This document shows positions 1-10,080 of a stretch of DNA of 64,000 nt, piece by piece. The notes under the pieces were generated by a model. It ran no database searches and was not told the origin of the DNA. It saw only the letters and a list, made by a program, of their open reading frames with translations. The translations under genes were made by a program, and so were the position numbers. This DNA is from Myxococcota bacterium. GTDB taxonomy: Bacteria > Myxococcota_A > UBA9160 > UBA6930. The first letter of the stretch is position 1, and the number at the start of each line of letters is the position of its first letter. The DNA lies in NCBI GenBank assembly GCA_965223705.1, contig OZ245015.1, forward strand, positions 896,001-960,000. Direction: 5' to 3'.

Positions 1-2
1 CG

Positions 3-491
3 ATGCCGCTCCAACGCTGGATGTCGGATCACAACCATGCCCCCGCCTGGCTGTTCGCGTTTGTCGACCTGGCCTTTCTGCTCATCATCGCCATGACGCA
101 AGTCGGTGTGGACGACGCGGCTCCGGACTTCGGCGAGATCTCCGTGCCGAAGATTCGGACGGATTCTGCCGATGCGTTGCCGGCCCGTTTTCACAACCGC
201 TGGCAATTGCGCGTGCACCCGCCCGCTGCCTTCCGCTCGAAACCGTTCGAACTTTCGCGCAACGACGACGCAAGCGTCGGCCCCAAACCATCGGATCGGC
301 TGGAGCTCGGCGAGCTCGAACGTCGCCTGACAGCGATGAAAGCGTCCGGTGAGGGGCGCCCCCTCCTGGCGCCGCACGAGGATTCGCTCAGCCAAGACCT
401 ACTCGCTGCCGCTAACGCCATCGAGAGCACGTGGCCGCGTCGGCGGCGAGTCGCCGTCATTCCTCTGGCGGCCGAGGTGGCGAAGCGATGA
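3..491 (+). CDS. ExbD/TolR-like biopolymer transport protein (divergent)
   Basis: Single N-terminal TM helix FAFVDLAFLLII with an intramembrane Asp, as in ExbD/TolR; an ExbB-like gene lies in the same operon. Confidence 0.6.
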   Translation: MPLQRWMSDHNHAPAWLFAFVDLAFLLIIAMTQVGVDDAAPDFGEISVPKIRTDSADALPARFHNRWQLRVHPPAAFRSKPFELSRNDDASVGPKPSDRLELGELERRLTAMKASGEGRPLLAPHEDSLSQDLLAAANAIESTWPRRRRVAVIPLAAEVAKR

Positions 492-528
492 ACGAATCCC
501 ATCCCGTGGGCGTTTCGGGCGACTCGCA

Positions 529-1917
529 ATGAGCCGACCTCACTGGCTCGTATCCCGCCGCTACGGTTACGGGTCCTACGAAGTTCGGGTCGCACCGCGA
601 CTCGCGCGACGTGCGCCGAAACTTCCGCATCTCGGCCCCGGGGCCCCGATCGGAGCTCTGACGAGCCTCGCTCTTTTTGCCGCCGGGCTGTTCTCGATCG
701 TGCCCCGGGACACGGACGAGAGCGATGTCGAGATCGTGTGGTTGTCCGAGGATCCGCAACTCGAGCTTCCGCCGGTTCCGGAACCGGTTTTCGAGGCCGA
801 CCCCCCCGAAGAAATCGCGGAGGAGGCGCCTTCGCCGGAAGAGGTGCCGGTCGAAGTTGCCGCCGTTGTGCCGCCGCCCGAAGAGAAACTGCCGGAGCCT
901 CCGGTGGTTGCGGAAGTGGCGCAGAAGCCAACGTCCCAACCGAAACCGAAACCCGTGACGAAGCCGCAACCGACGCGACGCGTGAGCCCGCCGCCGAAGC
1001 GAACCCACATCGCCGCAAAGCCCAAACCCGCCGTACGTCCGAAGGTTCGGCGCGCCGCGCCGAAGCCCCCCGTGCGGATCGCGAAGAAAGCGCCGACCCG
1101 ACCGCCCGGTGATCTCGGCGCGATTCCGACGCCTCTGGTGGATGAACGCCTAGCGACGGAAACCGTAGGCACCGCCCGAGCCGGTCGGTCGACCCGCCCG
1201 CCGGCGAAAGAGAACCCCTTTGCCGGTCCGGCGACCCCGATGCCGGACCTGTCGGCGCCGACCTTCGATGCCCCCGACGCGGGTAACGCCTCGACGAAAC
1301 TGGCGAGCACACGCCAAGCGCGTGCGTCGGCGAAGAAGGCGCGCCGGCCGAGTGCACGCGAGCGAAGTGCGGCCCAAGCCGCGCTTGCGGTTCCGGCGGC
1401 ACCCCTTCGCGAGGAATCCGCGGCGCCCGAGGAACCCGTCCGCGTGGCGAGATCGAATCGCGCGAGCGCGCCGCGTGCAGAAAACCCTTCCCGCGCACGC
1501 AGCGCGAATCCGATTGAGCTCGAGGTCCCCGAGGCTCGCGAACCCGTACTCCGCGAAACTGCCGCCGCAGCGGCTCCGACGAAGTCGGTGCGCACGAAGG
1601 CGCCGCGGCCGTCGGCTCGAAGTTCTCGGACAACGCGTCCTGTGGCGCGCCGCACGCGTAGCGACCTCGTCGGCGTACCCCTCGCTTCGCTCGCCACGTG
1701 CCACTCGGATCGGGAAGAAGATCGCCTGAAGCTTGCCGTCATCGCCGCGAGCGCGGGTCGCACGTCCTGTGAAAACGACGCGGGCGTCTTTCATCTGGTC
1801 GAAGCCAAAAACCTGAACGCGTTCTTGCTCTCGATTGAGGGCGCGCGCGACCGAAAGCTCGACGATCGCTGCACGGAGCTCGTGAACGTGATCCAGTGCC
1901 TTCAGGAAGACCGCTAA
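529..1917 (+). CDS. TonB/TolA-like protein: TM helix, long Pro/Glu/Lys/Ala-rich linker, small Cys-containing C-terminal domain
   Basis: TM LTSLALFAAGLFSIV, then PPVPEPV/PKPKP low-complexity linker; start chosen at ATG 529. Confidence 0.55.
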   Translation: MSRPHWLVSRRYGYGSYEVRVAPRLARRAPKLPHLGPGAPIGALTSLALFAAGLFSIVPRDTDESDVEIVWLSEDPQLELPPVPEPVFEADPPEEIAEEAPSPEEVPVEVAAVVPPPEEKLPEPPVVAEVAQKPTSQPKPKPVTKPQPTRRVSPPPKRTHIAAKPKPAVRPKVRRAAPKPPVRIAKKAPTRPPGDLGAIPTPLVDERLATETVGTARAGRSTRPPAKENPFAGPATPMPDLSAPTFDAPDAGNASTKLASTRQARASAKKARRPSARERSAAQAALAVPAAPLREESAAPEEPVRVARSNRASAPRAENPSRARSANPIELEVPEAREPVLRETAAAAAPTKSVRTKAPRPSARSSRTTRPVARRTRSDLVGVPLASLATCHSDREEDRLKLAVIAASAGRTSCENDAGVFHLVEAKNLNAFLLSIEGARDRKLDDRCTELVNVIQCLQEDR

Positions 1918-1926
1918 GGAGAGTCT

Positions 1927-3960
1927 ATGTCTACGAGAATCGCCGCTCTCGTCGCCATGATGACCGTCGCCCTCGTCGGAACGGAAGCGTTCGCGAAGAG
2001 TCAGAAAGACTGGCGAGGTTACCTCGACTACGCCTACGTCTACTCATCGGCGGACGCCGCAGGGCTCGCAAAGCGAATCGAGACGTACGGCACCACGACG
2101 GGGCAGGATCTCGAGAGCTATGTCAGCCGGAAATGGAAGCCCAAGAAAGAGAGCGACGTCCAGGCGATTGAAGCCACGTATCGTCGGAAGGCGATCGGAC
2201 ATCTGCTCCTCTATCTGGCTTACGACGACGGAAGGCACCTGGGACTCGCCGTCGATACGATCCAGAAGCTGCGCAACCGACTCGGCCGCTACGAAAATCG
2301 CTACTGGTTTCACTACATCCGAGCGCATCAGCATCTCGAGCGTCGCCATCACCACGATTTTACCGGTGAGGTGCTCGATCTCTGGTTCAACGTGATCGTG
2401 CCCCTGGAGACTCCGTACGAGACGCTCCAAACGCTCTCGCTCGACGATTCGCCGAACTCCGGTTTCGCCGCGGCCCTGCCCTATCTCTATGAGAACGTGT
2501 CGCGGATGGTTCTCCTTCGAGCTCGTGAGAAGGGGATCGACGACGGACTCGATCCGCTGGGCGCGATCCTGCGCTTGCTCGGCGACGGTCGGATTGGCGC
2601 TTACCCCGAAGTCATTCCCATCAAAGCTTCCTCGCGGGCGTACCTCGATCGCATTCTCACCCGTCTGGAAGGACCCGAGTCGGACGCCGGAAGCTTGACG
2701 TTCACGTACGCCTTGATGAAAGCGGGCCGCATTCACGAACGCGCGCGCCGCAACATCGCTGAACGCGGACTCAGCGAAGAGACCATCGCGTCGATCGCGG
2801 AAGCGAGTCGCGCCTACCAACTGACGTACGAGCGCGCCGATACCGAGCAGGGCCGTTGCGCGGTCTACACCCGCGCACTCCGCCAGATCGGCGAGGTCTA
2901 CGCCGCCAAGCAACGACTCGGTGTCGATCCGCAGATCGATATTCCATTCGATCTCGACGGCGCGATTGAAACCTACGAGAACTTGCACAACACCAAGGCC
3001 AAGCGTTGGGCCGTTCTCGGCTATGCGCGAAACGGACGCGAAGCCTACTACAACGCGATGCGCGGCCTGTGGGAAGAGATCCAGGAAGCGACGCTCAACG
3101 TCGCCGATTACCACCTGACCCAGGCGGAAGCCGATGACTACTACGCCGAGGATCACGCGCGCGACGCTTTAGCGCTCTACAACCGCTATCTCGGATTCTT
3201 CAACGCCTACGCCGACGGGACAGACGGCAAAGGTGTTCCCGACTCGGCGTACTTCGCGGCGCACGAGGCGGCGAAGGGTATAGGCGACGGTTTCCTCGTC
3301 TACGCCCCGTACCCGACCACCGAAGAAATCGACCTCGCGATCCGCCGCTACCAGAGCGCACTACGCATTTTTCCGTTCGATCGGAACGTATGGTCAGCTC
3401 TCGCGACCGCATTGGAGCGACAGGGGCGAGAAGGGGAGTTCGCCGACCTGGCCCGGCCGGCGGCGGACGCGGTGATTCGCTCATCCGTCGTCGAAACCTG
3501 GGTTTCGCAGCGGCGCCCTGAAGCGGCGCGCATCGAAAAACTGCGGCGCTCCTTGGGCGATAGCCAAGCGCTGATGTATCTGGGATTTGCCGAGGCCGAC
3601 GACGTCGGCAATCTCGAAGGTCGGCTCGAAGAGCTGAAACGGCAGCACAAGGAAGTGACCACCTCGCTGCGACGTCTCAAAGCGCAGAAGAAGCGCAGCG
3701 CTTCCGTGCCGGCGTCCCAGGGCGCCGACGTGGATTCGCTCCTGTCGTCTCTCGAGAACGACGCTATCGATCGCGAGATCGCCGGGCTTGAAGCTGCGGC
3801 CGAGCGGCTTTCCAAGCGGATCAACGCGCGTTCTCGCACCTTGCCGAAGTATCGCGCTGCACTGGACAGTGACGGGATGTCCAACGATCTCCGTTCAAGG
3901 CGAGATCACCCCGTGCATTCGCTACTCCGTCACATGTATCACGAACACGACGGTGAGTAG
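1927..3960 (+). CDS. Large exported alpha-helical (TPR-like) protein with C-terminal coiled coil
   Basis: RBS AAGGAGAG, signal peptide ending AFA, TPR-like segment AIRRYQSALRIFPFDRNVWSALA, heptad region LEELKRQHKEVTTSLRRL. Confidence 0.65.
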   Translation: MSTRIAALVAMMTVALVGTEAFAKSQKDWRGYLDYAYVYSSADAAGLAKRIETYGTTTGQDLESYVSRKWKPKKESDVQAIEATYRRKAIGHLLLYLAYDDGRHLGLAVDTIQKLRNRLGRYENRYWFHYIRAHQHLERRHHHDFTGEVLDLWFNVIVPLETPYETLQTLSLDDSPNSGFAAALPYLYENVSRMVLLRAREKGIDDGLDPLGAILRLLGDGRIGAYPEVIPIKASSRAYLDRILTRLEGPESDAGSLTFTYALMKAGRIHERARRNIAERGLSEETIASIAEASRAYQLTYERADTEQGRCAVYTRALRQIGEVYAAKQRLGVDPQIDIPFDLDGAIETYENLHNTKAKRWAVLGYARNGREAYYNAMRGLWEEIQEATLNVADYHLTQAEADDYYAEDHARDALALYNRYLGFFNAYADGTDGKGVPDSAYFAAHEAAKGIGDGFLVYAPYPTTEEIDLAIRRYQSALRIFPFDRNVWSALATALERQGREGEFADLARPAADAVIRSSVVETWVSQRRPEAARIEKLRRSLGDSQALMYLGFAEADDVGNLEGRLEELKRQHKEVTTSLRRLKAQKKRSASVPASQGADVDSLLSSLENDAIDREIAGLEAAAERLSKRINARSRTLPKYRAALDSDGMSNDLRSRRDHPVHSLLRHMYHEHDGE

Positions 3961-3970
3961 GAGTCGCCCG

Positions 3971-4516
3971 ATGTTTGCAAGAGGCCAGAAGATCGTGATG
4001 AGCGGGGTGCTCGCCGTCGCGTTGTCCGCGTGCGGCGGTCCGAACTACCGCGTGCCCGAAGATTTCGCCGCTGCTCCCGAAGCTGCCGAAGAAGAAGAGC
4101 TGCCGCTTCGGGGAGACGAACTCGCCCAGCGAAAACTCTCGCTCGCGCGGGCCTACAGCGACATGGAGCACTTCCACGACACGCTGGTGAGCCTTCGCTA
4201 TCGAAAGAACCGGAACGGCACGATCCTGTTCGTGAGCTTCCTCGAATCGTACATGGCGACGTTCCTGGATCCGCTCCTCGCGAATCGGTGGCAGGCGAGC
4301 CACCCGGATATGCAGCGCCTCGATGCGAACGTGCGCTTTGCACAGACCGAACTCCTGCGTCAGATGCGCGACGGTCGTCGCGTGCGCCGCAACATCAAAG
4401 ACATCAAGCGACTGTACAAAGACAGCGACGGGTTAGTGATCGACTACCCCTACGGAGAAAAAACACCCCTGGGCGAGAGCCTCGTCATTTTGCGCAAGGG
4501 CAAGGCCCGTAGCTAA
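3971..4516 (+). CDS. Predicted lipoprotein, unknown function
   Basis: RBS AGGAG, lipobox LSAC-GG. Confidence 0.65.
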   Translation: MFARGQKIVMSGVLAVALSACGGPNYRVPEDFAAAPEAAEEEELPLRGDELAQRKLSLARAYSDMEHFHDTLVSLRYRKNRNGTILFVSFLESYMATFLDPLLANRWQASHPDMQRLDANVRFAQTELLRQMRDGRRVRRNIKDIKRLYKDSDGLVIDYPYGEKTPLGESLVILRKGKARS

Positions 4517-4525
4517 GGAGCCATC

Positions 4526-5092
4526 ATGTTCGGAGAAACCTCGGTTACGTTGACAGTCACGGTGATCGCGCTCGCTGCGGTCTGGATTCCCTTCTATCGC
4601 GGTCTCAAGCTCTGCCGTGCCGCGAGCGTCGCAACGCGAAAGCTGCGGCGCGAGGAAATCGACGCCCATCTGCGTCAGGGTGGCGGAACGTCGGAACCGA
4701 TCTCCGTCCAGCTTCTTCAGCTGATCCGCAAAGCCTTGCACGAAAACCGAGAAGGTCAGCCGGCGGATTTCATCGTCGACGCGAGCCGTCAATACGTGAC
4801 GAGTGAGTGGGACGCCCTCTATGCGAAGCCGATCTCGATGTACGCGAACGTGCTTCCGCCGATTGGCTTCATCGGAACCACAGGCGGCTTGCTCGTGCTG
4901 TTTCTCTCGATGCGCGTCGCGAACGACACGCTGGAGCTCGGCGCTTTGGCCGTCGCGTTGATGTCGAGCCTATTCGCGTTGGTCGGCTTTACGGTTCTCG
5001 AAGGCCTCAAGATCCGGCTGTACGGCCGGATGGTCTCGGGAATCGACGAAGCGATCGCCTACTATCGGGTGCGCACGGCGGGCCGTTCCTAG
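4526..5092 (+). CDS. MotA/TolQ/ExbB proton channel family protein
   Basis: Three TM helices with motif LPPIGFIGTTGGL and ALAVALMSS. Confidence 0.75.
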   Translation: MFGETSVTLTVTVIALAAVWIPFYRGLKLCRAASVATRKLRREEIDAHLRQGGGTSEPISVQLLQLIRKALHENREGQPADFIVDASRQYVTSEWDALYAKPISMYANVLPPIGFIGTTGGLLVLFLSMRVANDTLELGALAVALMSSLFALVGFTVLEGLKIRLYGRMVSGIDEAIAYYRVRTAGRS

Positions 5093-5318
5093 ATCGGGGC
5101 TCGACCCAGAGTTTCGCGGGCGCGCCCATGCGAGGCGCCCCCGTGCGAGGAGATGGGCGGAGCCAGGGTTGCCCCCAATGTGCGTGCCTTACGCGTTTAT
5201 CATCAACCCCGACTCCGCCCAAAATTGACGAGCGAAGCCCAAGCCAGATTCGATACCTGAAGCGGCTCGCCGGGCAGAACCCGGCGAGCGCCGCAGAACG
5301 AAAACCGTCTGTACGGGG

Positions 5319-6050
5319 TTAGACGTCGAGGCCGCGAAGTCGTTCCATCGCGTAGATCAAGAGTTCGGCCTCGATCTCCGCGGAGGTTCCTTCGAAGACC
5401 ACGCCCATTCCCACGGGAAGATTCCGGCGTAGGAAGGTGCCCGGCACATTGGTCATCGTGACCCGGGCTTTGAGCTTGATTTCTCGGCTGCCCACACGCA
5501 CCGGCACGACGACCTGAGCGTTGCGCGGTGAGGGGTTCGGAAGCTGCAAGAACGCGCCTCCCGGAGAGATCGTGTAGATCTGCGCCTTCTTCTTGCGGCG
5601 CCCTTGCGCCACTTCGCCGCGCCAATTGGCCGGAGCGCGGAGCGCGCCCCGGGTGCGTCGGGGGGGCTCGCCCTGCGCCAACGCGCGATTGATCTGGAAG
5701 CGCAGCGTCGATTCGTCGAGAGGCGTCCAGAGCGCGAGCTCTACGCCAGACGTGCGCAGGCGGGTGTTTTCCTCCGCGATGTCGACTTCCGGACGCCGGC
5801 CGGTCACGAGGACCGGAACCGGATGCTCGCCTTTGATCGAGAGGACCGCATTGCGCAGGTTCAACGTGGGTAGGTCCGGGGGGATAATGAGTGCGCCCAC
5901 TTTCGGGCCGGCCATCATCATGATGCGGCGGGCCTCGTCAGGCGTTTTCGCGCCGAGGACCCGGTATCCCAGTCGCCGAAGCCAGGCGACGATCTCGCGC
6001 ATCGGGCTGCCGTTGACTCCTACGGCGACAATGTCTCTGTTTGCACTCAT
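5319..6050 (-). CDS. Degenerate receiver-like domain plus PilZ domain protein
   Basis: RGALRAP and ISPGGAFL PilZ-like motifs, GMGVVF C-terminal strand, RBS GGAGGG. Confidence 0.6.
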   Translation of the reverse strand: MSANRDIVAVGVNGSPMREIVAWLRRLGYRVLGAKTPDEARRIMMMAGPKVGALIIPPDLPTLNLRNAVLSIKGEHPVPVLVTGRRPEVDIAEENTRLRTSGVELALWTPLDESTLRFQINRALAQGEPPRRTRGALRAPANWRGEVAQGRRKKKAQIYTISPGGAFLQLPNPSPRNAQVVVPVRVGSREIKLKARVTMTNVPGTFLRRNLPVGMGVVFEGTSAEIEAELLIYAMERLRGLDV

Positions 6051-6309
6051 GCTGCCCTCCACTCCTCACTCGGTTGTGTGGGGCTTATCGTGCGGGTCTT
6101 TTGGGGGATGCGTGATCGACGTCACGCCAGCGACGGGGCCACGATACGCAACGATCTCCTCCAAGGGGCCGATCTTTCTCGAGATTTCGATTCGCGACCG
6201 CGATCACCAAAATTTTGTGACGAGTTCGTTCATACGACCCGAGCCCCTTCGGGACGCGTCCGTGAAACGCGACGTTCAGTCGGCGGTATGATGCGCGCGG
6301 AGGCCTTGC

Positions 6310-7116
6310 GTGGCGGCATTACGAGAACACGAGGATCGCGTCGGGGACGCGGGGCTGCGGCAGCTTCGCGGCGGTCGAGGTCGCCCGCTGGTGCTCCTGC
6401 ACGATGAACTCGGCTTCCCGGGATGGATGCGTTGGAACGAAGCGCTCGCCGACCGCTTCGAGCAGTTCGTTCCGTTGCAGCCGGGATTCGGCGATACGCC
6501 GCGGGTCGACTGGGTGCGGAGCTATCGCGACCTCGCTGCACTCTACGCGCGGTGGGTCCGGTCACGGTTCTCTGGGCCCGTCGATGTGATCGGATTTTCC
6601 GCCGGCGGCTACATCGCCGCGGAAATGATCGCGGCGGATCCCGATCTTTTTGCGCGCGTGATGCTCGTCGCGCCCTTGGGCATCAAACCCGAAAAGGGAT
6701 TCATCTTCGATTTTCTCGCCGTGACGATCCGCGATCACCTTCGAGCAACGGTGGCACGAGAAGAGGCGCCCGAGTTCGCGAAAATCTACGGTGGTGAGAT
6801 GACACCGGAGCAGTTCGAACGTTTTGAAGACGCTCGAGCGGAGACCGCGCGGTTGGGTTGGGAGCCCTTTATGGTCGATCCGAGCCTCCCGTACCGACTG
6901 GGCGCGGTGACCGGGGTGCCGACCCTGGTCGTACGCGGGACCGCAGACGAGTTTCTGCCGCGAGACGCCGTCCTACAGTATCGCGACGCGATCGAGGGGG
7001 CGTCGTTGGTCGAGATCGAATCCGTGGGCCACCGCCCTGAGATCGAAGACCCGGAAGCATTTATCGCGGCCGTGGGCTCCTTCCTCGAAGAACAGGAGGC
7101 AACGAATCATGGGTGA
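6310..7116 (+). CDS. Alpha/beta fold hydrolase
   Basis: GFSAGG nucleophile elbow and C-terminal GHRPEIE His. Confidence 0.85.
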   Translation: MAALREHEDRVGDAGLRQLRGGRGRPLVLLHDELGFPGWMRWNEALADRFEQFVPLQPGFGDTPRVDWVRSYRDLAALYARWVRSRFSGPVDVIGFSAGGYIAAEMIAADPDLFARVMLVAPLGIKPEKGFIFDFLAVTIRDHLRATVAREEAPEFAKIYGGEMTPEQFERFEDARAETARLGWEPFMVDPSLPYRLGAVTGVPTLVVRGTADEFLPRDAVLQYRDAIEGASLVEIESVGHRPEIEDPEAFIAAVGSFLEEQEATNHG

Positions 7117-7990
7117 TCGTCTTCGCGACAAGGTGATTTACGTAACCGGCGGTGCCAGCGGGATGGGGCGTGCCGGCGTGCTGCGATTCATCGACGAGGG
7201 CGCGCGCGTCGTCGTGGCGGATTTAAACGAAGAAAACGGAAAACAGTTGGTGGCCGAGCTCGAGGGGAAGGGCCGCGGCTCCGCGGTTTGTTTCGTTCGG
7301 ACCGACGTATCCCGGGAAGAAGACGTCGCAGCGAGTATCGCTGCCGCGACGGAGAACTTCGGGCGACTCGACGTCGTGTGGAACAACGCCGGTCTCGGCG
7401 GCGCATTCGGCCCTATCACCGAAGTCTCTGTCGAAGACTGGGACTTCACGTTCGCCGTGTTGGTGCGAGGCGTGTTCCTCGGCACGAAGTACGGCGCACG
7501 CGCGCTCCTCGACCAGGGCCGAGGCGGATCGATCATCAACACCGCCTCGGTGGCCGGTCTCGCCGGCGGGCTGGGGCCCCACGCTTACTCCGCGGCGAAG
7601 GCCGCGGTCGTCAACCTGACGATGACCACCGCCGTCGAGCTTGGGCCGCATCACATTCGGGCGAACGCGATTCTGCCCGGCGGCATCCTCACCCCGCTGA
7701 TGCACGGTGGCAAGCCCGACGAGGCCGGGGCTCTCTTCGCCGAACTCCAACCGATCCCCGAGGTTGGACAGGTCGATGACATCGCGAATGCGGCGCTGTT
7801 TCTCGCGAGCGACGAGTCCGCGTTCATCACCGGGGAGGCGCTCAAGGTCGACGGGGGTCTGATGGCCGTTGGCGCCAAGACTTGGGGGCGCCTCGCGGGC
7901 AGCGAGCGCATCGGTGAGATCGCGGGCGTCAACCGAGGAACCACGGGGGAGCGTTCGGAGTTCCGCCGTCTCAACAAGGAGTCGTCGTGA
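7109..7990 (+). CDS. SDR family oxidoreductase
   Basis: TGGASGMG, NNAG and YSAAK motifs. Confidence 0.92.
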   Translation: MGDRLRDKVIYVTGGASGMGRAGVLRFIDEGARVVVADLNEENGKQLVAELEGKGRGSAVCFVRTDVSREEDVAASIAAATENFGRLDVVWNNAGLGGAFGPITEVSVEDWDFTFAVLVRGVFLGTKYGARALLDQGRGGSIINTASVAGLAGGLGPHAYSAAKAAVVNLTMTTAVELGPHHIRANAILPGGILTPLMHGGKPDEAGALFAELQPIPEVGQVDDIANAALFLASDESAFITGEALKVDGGLMAVGAKTWGRLAGSERIGEIAGVNRGTTGERSEFRRLNKESS

Positions 7991-8859
7991 AGACCGGCAT
8001 CTTCTGCATCCAGCCCGACAAAAAGAGCGACCCCGCCATCGTGGCGCGGCGCGCCGAAGAGCTTGGGTTCGGCTCGTACTTCGTGCCCGACCACACGATC
8101 TTTCCCGTGAACTACGAGACGAAATACCCGGGAAATCTCGGTAGTGGTCCCGACCCGGACTACCTGTGGAAGATGCCCGACCCTTTGGTCGCGCTGTCGC
8201 GAGCCGCAGCGGTGACGGAACGGCTCGAGCTCGGGACGGGCGTCTTGCTCGTCCCGGAACGCAACCCGCTGCACTTGGCGAAGGAGGTCGCGTCACTCGA
8301 CCATTTCAGCGACGGCCGTTTCCTGTTCGGGATCGGCGCCGGGTGGTGCAAGGAGGAGGCTGAGATCCTGGGTTGCGACTTCCCCCACCGCTGGAGCCAG
8401 GTGCGTGAGTGCATCGAAGTCATGAAGGCGTGCTGGACGGAAGATGAATCCGAGCACCACGGAAAGTACTACGACGTCCCGCCAGTGCGCTGTTACCCGA
8501 AGCCCGGACGTAAGCCGCACCCGCCCATCTTGCTGCCGAGCATCATGCTGGGCGGCCAGTGGGCCGAGCGCGTGTTTCGGCGCATGGCACGCTGGGCCGA
8601 TGGTTGGCTCCCGGTCGTCGAGAACATCGATCAACTCATCGACGGCAAGAATCAAATCGAGACCGTGGCCCGAGAGGAAGGTCGCGATCCCGACACGCTG
8701 CAGATTGTTCTGCTGGGTGCGCCCGGACAATGGAGGACGCGCGCAGAGCACAGACAGCTCGAGAAGGCGGGTATTTCCCACGTGGTCCTATGGCTGACCG
8801 GCGACGACGTGCACGCGATCGACCGGGAGCTGGTGGGACTCGCCGAAGAGCTCTTCTAG
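7987..8859 (+). CDS. LLM class (probably F420-dependent) oxidoreductase
   Basis: VPDH, LGTGVL, GRFLFGIGAGW and PKP motifs; GTGA overlap with the upstream SDR. Confidence 0.88.
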   Translation: MKTGIFCIQPDKKSDPAIVARRAEELGFGSYFVPDHTIFPVNYETKYPGNLGSGPDPDYLWKMPDPLVALSRAAAVTERLELGTGVLLVPERNPLHLAKEVASLDHFSDGRFLFGIGAGWCKEEAEILGCDFPHRWSQVRECIEVMKACWTEDESEHHGKYYDVPPVRCYPKPGRKPHPPILLPSIMLGGQWAERVFRRMARWADGWLPVVENIDQLIDGKNQIETVAREEGRDPDTLQIVLLGAPGQWRTRAEHRQLEKAGISHVVLWLTGDDVHAIDRELVGLAEELF

Positions 8860-9866
8860 CCGCGCCGACGCATCCAAAAGCTCGCGCCGCCGGGCCAGCG
8901 GCCTGTCGCGAACGCAGGGAACGCTTCTCGCAGACGGTCCGGATAACGGCGGGCCATATACGAGCTGGTCCACACAATCTCGTAGCGGTCGTTGTGGCAG
9001 AGGAACGCCTGCAGCAAATACTGCTCATTGAAAAACGTCGCGTTCTCTTTGAGCCAAGCCCGGGGATATTCGTCGGGAAGGAAGATGTCGTGGACGTGCA
9101 CCACGACGCCGGGCGCGAGGCGGGGAAGGACTTCGAGGAACTCGAACACGACGTCGCCGCCGGTCCGAACGATATGTGTCGAGTCGATGAAGAGGACGTC
9201 GCCCGCCGCGAGTTGGGTGAAGGTCGACATCGGAACCGCTTCGACCCGTTCTCCGACGACTTTCGAAAGCCCGCCAAGCCCCGCATCGAGCGCACGGCGC
9301 AGCTTCGCGTCGGGGTACGGCTCGATCGCCATGAACTCGCACGGCGCGCCTTCTACGGCATTGGCGCGCAGCGCTTGGGCGGACAGGCGCGTCGAGTGGC
9401 CCGAGCCGATCTCGATCATCCGCCGCGGTTTGAGTTCGCGAAGGATCCCGTAGAGCATTTCGGCGTCCACCGCGCGGAAGCTCGAGTTGTCGAAGTAGAA
9501 CTGGCAGGGATCGTCGACGCGATCGAGAGGAAGCTGGCTCCACTCGCTCCCGTAGGCCTTCTCGAGGCGTTCGAGGAGCGCCAGTTGCTCTTCCAGGCGG
9601 AAATCGATTCCCGGCGGCGGATCGCGGGGCTCGAACAGCCCTTCAGAGAGAGTGCGCGTGTCCGGGTAGGGCGCGTAGTAGTGGACGCGAGAAATCTGGA
9701 GCCCGTTCCGTTCCCAGATATAGAAGAGCCGTCCGCGAGTCCACGAACCCGGGATCAGGCGACTGGCGAGCCAGACGAGCGGGCGACGCACCGCGCCGCC
9801 GACCCGCTTGCGGGCGCGCTTGAACCGACGTAGGACGCCGCGCAGGCCGCGCTCTCGATCGCTCAC
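8856..9866 (-). CDS. Class I SAM-dependent methyltransferase (Methyltransf_24-like); start uncertain
   Basis: IEIGSGHST, LFIDSTH, HVHDIFLPDEYP and NEQYLLQAFL motifs. Confidence 0.85.
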   Translation of the reverse strand: MSDRERGLRGVLRRFKRARKRVGGAVRRPLVWLASRLIPGSWTRGRLFYIWERNGLQISRVHYYAPYPDTRTLSEGLFEPRDPPPGIDFRLEEQLALLERLEKAYGSEWSQLPLDRVDDPCQFYFDNSSFRAVDAEMLYGILRELKPRRMIEIGSGHSTRLSAQALRANAVEGAPCEFMAIEPYPDAKLRRALDAGLGGLSKVVGERVEAVPMSTFTQLAAGDVLFIDSTHIVRTGGDVVFEFLEVLPRLAPGVVVHVHDIFLPDEYPRAWLKENATFFNEQYLLQAFLCHNDRYEIVWTSSYMARRYPDRLREAFPAFATGRWPGGASFWMRRRG

Positions 9867-10080
9867 GGGCACACCATACCGCGCGTGTTGACGCACCGCG
9901 TTGACGCGCCGCGTCTCGATAGGAACTTCCCCCCACGGGAATGTCGAAAAAAAGCTCCCCAAAGCAACTGCGGCGTTGTAAACAACGTAGACCCAAACAA
10001 GTAAGGCGTTCGCGCAGGTATCCGTGGAGTCACGCGCGCTCGCTCGCAGGGGAACCACTCCACACCTTTGAGGAACCTAC

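Noticed and set aside
191..1763. Long antisense and alternate-frame ORFs here and throughout (e.g. 16319-18001, 41790-43322, 44566-46068)
   Set aside because: Arg/Ala/Pro-rich shadow ORFs expected in high-GC DNA, overlapping genes with clear motifs
5093..5318. GC-rich hairpin (CGCCCAT...ATGGGCG) in a convergent intergenic region as an ncRNA
   Set aside because: Short stem, no U-tract and no recognisable RNA family features
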